Source: an uncultured delta proteobacterium (lineage in GTDB: Bacteria > Myxococcota_A > Polyangia > Polyangiales > Houyiibacteriaceae). Taken from it: a DNA stretch of 64,000 bases. The notes under the pieces were generated by a model. It saw only the letters and a list, made by a program, of their open reading frames with translations, searched no databases and was not told the DNA's origin. The translations under genes were made by a program, and so were the position numbers. The DNA is taken from the NCBI GenBank assembly GCA_963699755.1, contig CAVOVB010000007.1, forward strand, positions 224,001-288,000, written 5' to 3'. Of this stretch, positions 58,555 to 64,000 are shown one piece after another (positions within the stretch are counted from its first letter, which is position 1; every line of letters starts with the position of its first letter).

Positions 58555-59423
58555 TCGCGAGTTTGGACCAGTTCCGCAAAGGGCAGCGGCTCGATCGCCC
58601 TGCCCCCCCGTCGGGCCCAGGCTCGCGTGAACACGGCGCCCATCAGAAAGATCTGCGTGGTGTAATAGATCCACAATAGCAAGACGATCAGCGAGCCAGC
58701 CGCGCCGTAGATCGATGCGGGACTCGCATAGCCGAGGTAGATGCCTATCAGGAAGGAACCGCCCAGGACGAAGAGGCAGGTCACCGCGGCGCCTGCCCAC
58801 ACGTCCCGCCAGGCGATCACGGCATCGGGAAGCCAGCGGTAGACCATGGCGATCAATGGCACCAAGACCGCGAACGCACTGCCAAACTCCGCCAAAGTCA
58901 GCATGCGGCGACTATCGCCCAAGAAATGTGCCGCCGCAGCAGCAAGGGAATGCAGCAAGACCAAAGCGATGAGCGAGCTTCCGAAGACCAGCACCATTAC
59001 AAAGGCGAGCAGTCTTCGCTCGACGAGATGCAAGGTCTCGGAACGAGTGGCGTGAATCAGGAGCTTTGGTCGGATCCCCCACATGTGGTTGAGCGCCCGC
59101 CGCAGCATCGAGAACAGGCGCGTCGAAATATAGAGCATGAAGAGCGCACCGATCACCGGGGCGGCAAAGCTCGTCGCCTCGTCGCTGAGCTTCACGATCG
59201 TGTCGACGAGGTAGACGGCGAGGTCGGGACCGACGAAGGCCCCGACCTGCGCTACGAGCTCATCGCGGGCAGCGGACTCCGACATGACCAGCGAGGCAAT
59301 GAGCAAGGCGACCACGCCAAGCGGCGCAATCGCCAACGACGCATAAAAGGCTATTGCCCCGGAGAGCAATCGCCCATCATGCGACGTGAAGTAACGCCAA
59401 GTCTCGATCAAGAGCGAGACCAT
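58521..59423 (-). CDS. YihY/BrkB-family membrane protein
   Basis: AIAFY, YRWLP, YGAAGSLIVLLLWIYY. Confidence 0.92.
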   Translation of the reverse strand: MVSLLIETWRYFTSHDGRLLSGAIAFYASLAIAPLGVVALLIASLVMSESAARDELVAQVGAFVGPDLAVYLVDTIVKLSDEATSFAAPVIGALFMLYISTRLFSMLRRALNHMWGIRPKLLIHATRSETLHLVERRLLAFVMVLVFGSSLIALVLLHSLAAAAAHFLGDSRRMLTLAEFGSAFAVLVPLIAMVYRWLPDAVIAWRDVWAGAAVTCLFVLGGSFLIGIYLGYASPASIYGAAGSLIVLLLWIYYTTQIFLMGAVFTRAWARRGGRAIEPLPFAELVQTRDYSASVSANET

Positions 59424-59429
59424 CGCGGC

Positions 59430-60758
59430 CTAGTAGCGGTAGTAACTCGGCTTGAACGGTCCCTGGGGCGGGATCCCCAGGTATTCGGCCTGGGCTGGCG
59501 TGAGCTTGGTGAGCTTCGCGCCGAGTTGTCCGAGATGGAGCGAAGCAACTTTCTCGTCGAGCTCCTTCGACAGCACGTAGACCTTGCCATCCTCGTAGCG
59601 GTCGCCCTCGGTCCAGAGCGAGAGCTGAGCGAGCACCTGGTTGCTGAACGAGTTGCTCATCACGAAGCTCGGATGGCCGGTGGCGCAACCGAGGTTCACC
59701 AGGCGGCCGCGAGCGAGCACGATGAGGCGTTTGCCGTCGGGGAAGATGAAGTGGTCGACCTGCGGCTTGATCTCCTCTTCGCGGATTCCGTTGGATGAAT
59801 CGGTGAGCCAGGCCATCTCGATCTCGGAGTCGAAGTGGCCGATGTTGCAGAGAATGGCTTCGTTCTTCATCTGCTTCATGTGCTCGCCGGTCACGACGTC
59901 ACAGCAGCCAGTAGCCGTGACGAAGATGTCGGCGACGGGCGCCGCCTCTTCCATCGTCACTACCTGCAGGCCTTCCATGGTCGCCTGGAGCGCACAAATC
60001 GGATCGATTTCGGTGACGAGGACGCGAGCGCCGGCGCGGGCCATTGCCTGAACGCAGCCCTTGCCCACATCACCGTAGCCGGCCACGACCACCACCTTAC
60101 CGGCGATCATCACGTCGGTGGCTCGCTTGATACCGTCGACCAGCGACTCGCGGCAGCCATAGAGGTTGTCGAACTTCGACTTGGTCACCGAGTCATTCAC
60201 GTTGATCGCGGGACACTTGAGCGTGCCGTCCCGCTCCATTTCGTAGAGGCGATGCACGCCGGTCGTCGTCTCTTCAGACAGACCGACGATGCGATCCGGA
60301 CCTTCGAACAGGTCCGGATACTGCTGATGCACGATGGCGGTTAGGTCACCGCCGTCGTCCAGCAGGATGTTCGGCGCCTTGCCGCCATCAAAGGCACGAA
60401 TCTGCTGGTGAATGCACCATTCGTACTCTGCCTCGGTCTCCCCCTTCCATGCGAAGACGGGAACGCCGGTCACCGCGATGGCAGCGGCGGCATGATCCTG
60501 GGTCGAATAGATATTGCAGCTGGTCCAGGTGACTTCCGCTCCGAGCTCGCGAAGGGTCTCGATCAGAACGGCCGTCTGAATCGTCATGTGAAGGCAGCCG
60601 GCGATGCGAGCGCCAGCGAGCGGCTTCTGAGCGCCGAACTCTCGTCGAAGCGCCATCAAGCCGGGCATCTCGTGCTCAGCGATTGTGATTTCCTTTCGTC
60701 CCCAGTCGGCCAACGAAAGGTCGGCAACTTTGTGCTTCAGATCTGGATTTGGGCTCAT
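59430..60758 (-). CDS. ahcY: Adenosylhomocysteinase
   Basis: [50 protein letters not shown]. Confidence 0.98.
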   Translation of the reverse strand: MSPNPDLKHKVADLSLADWGRKEITIAEHEMPGLMALRREFGAQKPLAGARIAGCLHMTIQTAVLIETLRELGAEVTWTSCNIYSTQDHAAAAIAVTGVPVFAWKGETEAEYEWCIHQQIRAFDGGKAPNILLDDGGDLTAIVHQQYPDLFEGPDRIVGLSEETTTGVHRLYEMERDGTLKCPAINVNDSVTKSKFDNLYGCRESLVDGIKRATDVMIAGKVVVVAGYGDVGKGCVQAMARAGARVLVTEIDPICALQATMEGLQVVTMEEAAPVADIFVTATGCCDVVTGEHMKQMKNEAILCNIGHFDSEIEMAWLTDSSNGIREEEIKPQVDHFIFPDGKRLIVLARGRLVNLGCATGHPSFVMSNSFSNQVLAQLSLWTEGDRYEDGKVYVLSKELDEKVASLHLGQLGAKLTKLTPAQAEYLGIPPQGPFKPSYYRY

Positions 60759-61747
60759 GATTCTCTTGTCTCCTCTTTCGATCCACGTCGTGCTGCGAGA
60801 ACCTGCCACTTCAAGTGGGCATCCGGTCCAGGCCCGTAGCGCGCCGCGGGAATTTCAAATACGTCGGGATTGATTAAGCCGGCTGACTTTGCGAACTGAG
60901 AAAGCTCGTCGCGCTCGAATCCAAGCCATAGATCGGCCTGGCGCTCGCGCATGAGCTCGTCATCGTGGGAGCAGTAGTCGATGATCACCACTTGGCCACC
61001 AGGGCGAACGAGCGAGCCCAGGAGCGACACCACCTGCTGCGGCTTCGGCGCATGGTGAAGCAGACGAACGGCAAACACCACGTCTGCCCCGCCCAGCTCG
61101 CGAATCCGTTCGGTAACGGCTACGTCATCGTAATCGGCCTGAATGAGCTCGACGTGATCATAACCCTGGCTCGAAAGCCTGCGTTCTGCGGCCGCAAGCT
61201 GCTTCTCCGAACGGTCGACCGCGATCACGTGATCGAACAGAGGCGCCAAGAGCTCCACCAGTGCACCGTCACCCGTGCCGAGATCGACCGCGAGCGATCG
61301 CCTCGGCAACAAGGTGCGGATCGCCGTGAGGTAGGCAGACCACTCGGACACCGACCTTGGCGAGCTCTCGTCCACCGCTTGGTCGAAGAAGGCACGCGCT
61401 TCGTCGTCGCGTGCTTTGATGACGGAGGCAACGCGCTCCAGGCTTCCATCCTCGCTGCAGAGCGCACGACCCGATCGGATCGCGTCGGCCAAGAGAGGAT
61501 CCCCATTGAGATCAGGAGAGAGTCGCGCGAACGCTCGCGTTCCCTGCCGGCGGACTGCCACCAGACCCGCTTCCCGAAGCAGCTTCAGATGCTTGGATAC
61601 GTTGGGCTGCGCTTCCTGGGTGAGCTCGGCCAGCTCGCCGATCGAGAGCTCGTCCTCGGAGGTGAGACCGAGCAAACGGAGCCGCCGTGGCTCTCCGAGA
61701 AGTCGGTAGAGCTCCCATCGGGGGGATTCAGCGAGGGCCAGCGGCAT
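60755..61747 (-). CDS. ArsR-HTH plus methyltransferase-domain regulator (SahR-like)
   Basis: [30 protein letters not shown] motif; ATGA-coupled to ahcY. Confidence 0.88.
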   Translation of the reverse strand: MPLALAESPRWELYRLLGEPRRLRLLGLTSEDELSIGELAELTQEAQPNVSKHLKLLREAGLVAVRRQGTRAFARLSPDLNGDPLLADAIRSGRALCSEDGSLERVASVIKARDDEARAFFDQAVDESSPRSVSEWSAYLTAIRTLLPRRSLAVDLGTGDGALVELLAPLFDHVIAVDRSEKQLAAAERRLSSQGYDHVELIQADYDDVAVTERIRELGGADVVFAVRLLHHAPKPQQVVSLLGSLVRPGGQVVIIDYCSHDDELMRERQADLWLGFERDELSQFAKSAGLINPDVFEIPAARYGPGPDAHLKWQVLAARRGSKEETRES

Positions 61748-61757
61748 TGGTTAGTAT

Positions 61758-61777
61758 ATATGCCCTCATTCGCATAG
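61758..61777. promoter_or_regulatory. Imperfect 20-bp palindrome, candidate autoregulatory operator
   Basis: ATATGC-CCTCATTC-GCATAG 10 bp upstream of the regulator start. Confidence 0.45.
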
Positions 61778-61819
61778 ATGCAAGGAAGGGAGCTGCTCAT
61801 TTCACACAAATGCTTGAAA

Positions 61820-62842
61820 TTATGCGTTTTTCTCTCTTAGGGCGCGCAGGTAGTACGCTCTTGCGAACTCACCCCCTCGCTCGCAGGCCTGTTCGAGGAG
61901 GGGCACTGCGTCCGCGGGCTTCCCGAGCTCCACGAGGACAGCGCCCTCGAGCGCAGGATCGGCACGCCGCTGGCCGGACAGCGAGGTGAGCGCTTGATGG
62001 GCTTCGCCGGGCTCACCGTTGATGAGCCTTCCCCAGGCCAGGAGATGAAAGGCCTCGTCCAGCTCTTCGGTCGAATCGGCCTTCGCGACGAGCTCGGACG
62101 CGACGCGAATCAAGCCCTGGCCGTCGCCGCGCTCGAGGGCCTCGAATGCTTGCTGCACGAGGCTTCGGGGCGGCATGACCTGCTCTGCCGGCGAGCTGAG
62201 GCGCTGCCGCTCGATACGAAAGGCTTGGTAGGTGCTGAAGGCCAGCAGGAAGAGAAGAATGGTCATCGGATACTGCCTAGAGGTGACGGTCACCGTGAAG
62301 AGCAGGCCAATGACCGCGAAGGAAACGTAGCAAGCAAGCAGGCGACCGCGCGACGGAGCGACCAGCTCCATCAGCGACGCGACGATGTTCCCGCCATCGA
62401 GCGGCAAGACCGGCAGAAGATTCAACAGCCCCCAACCTAGATTGACGTAGACCAGCGAACGAAACGCGTAGCGCGCCAGCGAGGGGTCGGGAATGCGCAG
62501 AACATCCATCATCACGAGCGCAAGCGAGCCGATGAAAATGCCGACAGCAGGGCCCGCGGCGCTCACGAGCAAGCTCCGCCCCGGGCTCATCGGTTCGCGT
62601 TGCTCCCACCAAGTCAGGCCTCCGAGGGCGATGAGCTCGATTCGCGGCTGCCGCCCAAATAGGCGACCGACCATGGCGTGGCCGAGCTCGTGCATCAGGA
62701 TTCCCTGGAACACCACGAGCACCCAGATCAAGAGGCCGGCCCAACCCTGGTCGCTGTGGAGTGTCCAGAGCCAAAGCGCCATCAACCAGAACCACAAATG
62801 AATGCGGACGGGGATTCGGAAGAGGCTGAATTCGATGCTCAT
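61820..62842 (-). CDS. Site-2 protease (M50) with TPR-like C-terminus
   Basis: HELGH, AAGP, NLLPVLPLDGG. Confidence 0.93.
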   Translation of the reverse strand: MSIEFSLFRIPVRIHLWFWLMALWLWTLHSDQGWAGLLIWVLVVFQGILMHELGHAMVGRLFGRQPRIELIALGGLTWWEQREPMSPGRSLLVSAAGPAVGIFIGSLALVMMDVLRIPDPSLARYAFRSLVYVNLGWGLLNLLPVLPLDGGNIVASLMELVAPSRGRLLACYVSFAVIGLLFTVTVTSRQYPMTILLFLLAFSTYQAFRIERQRLSSPAEQVMPPRSLVQQAFEALERGDGQGLIRVASELVAKADSTEELDEAFHLLAWGRLINGEPGEAHQALTSLSGQRRADPALEGAVLVELGKPADAVPLLEQACERGGEFARAYYLRALREKNA

Positions 62843-62888
62843 CGCTGCAAATATGGGTCGCCGCTGGGGCTACGACCAGTGCTTGGCG

Positions 62889-63542
62889 TCAGCCGTGCCG
62901 TGATTCTTCCACAATTCGCTTCTTCGTGGCGGCCCAGCTGCAGATCGGGCACCGGCGGAGGTCGTGCCCGCGGGCCGGACAGTATTCGCGGCCGAAGTAG
63001 ATGATCTGCAAGTGACGGCGGATCCAGGTGTCGACTGGAAACAGCTTCTTGAGATCCGCCTCGGTCTTTGCAACGTTCTTTCCATCGGAGAGACCCCAGC
63101 GCGCGGCGAGTCGGTGAATGTGCGTGTCGACCGGAAACGCGGGCCGGCCAAAAGCCTGGCACATCACGACCGAGGCAGTTTTGTGTCCTACACCGGGGAG
63201 TGCCTCGAGCGCGTCCATGTCTTCAGGCACCTCGCCGCCGTGTCGTTCGAGCAGCAAGCGGGCCATCGCTTTGAGGTTCTTGGCCTTCGTCGGCGCCAAG
63301 CCAACCGTTCGAATACACGCAAGAATGCGATCCACAGGCATGGCGGCTATCGACTTGGCGTCTGGGGCCTCTGCAAACAAAGCCGGCGTGACCTCGTTGA
63401 CCTTCTTGTCGGTAGTCTGTGCGCTGAGCAAGACCGACACCAGGAGCGTGAACGGATCGTGATGATCGAGAGGGATACGAGGCGTGGGATAGAGCTCGTC
63501 GAGGATCTCTCCGATACGGTCGGCTTTTTCCCGACGTGTCAT
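62889..63542 (-). CDS. nth: Endonuclease III
   Basis: LSAQTTD, LPGVGHKTA, VDTH, C-terminal Cys cluster. Confidence 0.95.
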   Translation of the reverse strand: MTRREKADRIGEILDELYPTPRIPLDHHDPFTLLVSVLLSAQTTDKKVNEVTPALFAEAPDAKSIAAMPVDRILACIRTVGLAPTKAKNLKAMARLLLERHGGEVPEDMDALEALPGVGHKTASVVMCQAFGRPAFPVDTHIHRLAARWGLSDGKNVAKTEADLKKLFPVDTWIRRHLQIIYFGREYCPARGHDLRRCPICSWAATKKRIVEESRHG

Positions 63543-63551
63543 CGGACCGGG

Positions 63552-64000
63552 CTACAGCTCTTTGGCGTCCGCATTGATCGTGTACTTCGCCATCAAGCTG
63601 GCTTCTCCGAGCACGTGGCCCTTCATGGCGGCCAGCACGTCTCCCGCCGTGAACTTTCCCTCTACGCCCAGACGATCGACGTCGAGCGCATACACGCTGA
63701 ACCGGTAGTGGTGCACGATGCTGTCGTTGAAGGGCGGACAGGGTCCGTCGTAGCCGTAGTAGTCGCCAGCCATATCAGGATCCCCCGCGAACCAGCCCGT
63801 GTAGTCGTTGATGCCCTGGCGGCTGCCTCGAGGACCTTCGGGCCCGTCTTTGCCCCTTGCGGTGATGCCATCGCAGAAGGCTCCTTCGGCAACCGTGGCG
63901 TCGGGCGACAAATCGACGAGCACCCAGTGGCTGAAGTCAGCACGGGGCAGATCGGCCGGCACGACACGGCCAACCTGATTCACATCATCGGGCCTCGTCG
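63552..64000 (-). CDS. YbhB/YbcL (PEBP) family protein, 5-prime end outside the window
   Basis: FSHWVL, GINDY, YDGPCPP, HHYRFSVYALD. Confidence 0.92.
   Translation of the reverse strand, partial: TRPDDVNQVGRVVPADLPRADFSHWVLVDLSPDATVAEGAFCDGITARGKDGPEGPRGSRQGINDYTGWFAGDPDMAGDYYGYDGPCPPFNDSIVHHYRFSVYALDVDRLGVEGKFTAGDVLAAMKGHVLGEASLMAKYTINADAKEL

Overview
GC-rich bacterial chromosomal window whose gene content (fused ccoNO, FG-GAP/Cys-rich lipoprotein, sigma54 regulation, Na+-NQR) suggests a probably marine Myxococcota/Polyangia-type organism (inference). The core, about 7.7-49.2 kb, is a coherent low-oxygen/energy-stress island. It holds nqrABCDEF-nqrM, a cbb3 oxidase cluster, five universal stress protein genes, five CBS-domain genes, a hemerythrin-like protein, a dihaem cytochrome c, a CoA-transferase and a glycogen operon ending in a synthase-phosphorylase fusion. 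It also holds a WS/DGAT, a release-factor-like protein, an APH/AAA protein, and a globin-coupled histidine kinase facing a sigma54 activator. Reading the intergenic DNA by eye shows the same palindrome, RCGCA-N5-TGCGY, in seven spacers of the island, often as a pair 29-30 bp apart beside a -24/-12 sigma54 promoter. Left flank: tRNA-Gly(CCC) and two paralogous LuxR-type regulators bracketing a sulfotransferase and two SDRs. Right flank: lipid/redox enzymes, sahR-like regulator-ahcY, a site-2 protease and nth. No integrase, transposase, CRISPR array or rRNA was seen. All calls come from motif recognition, not database searches.
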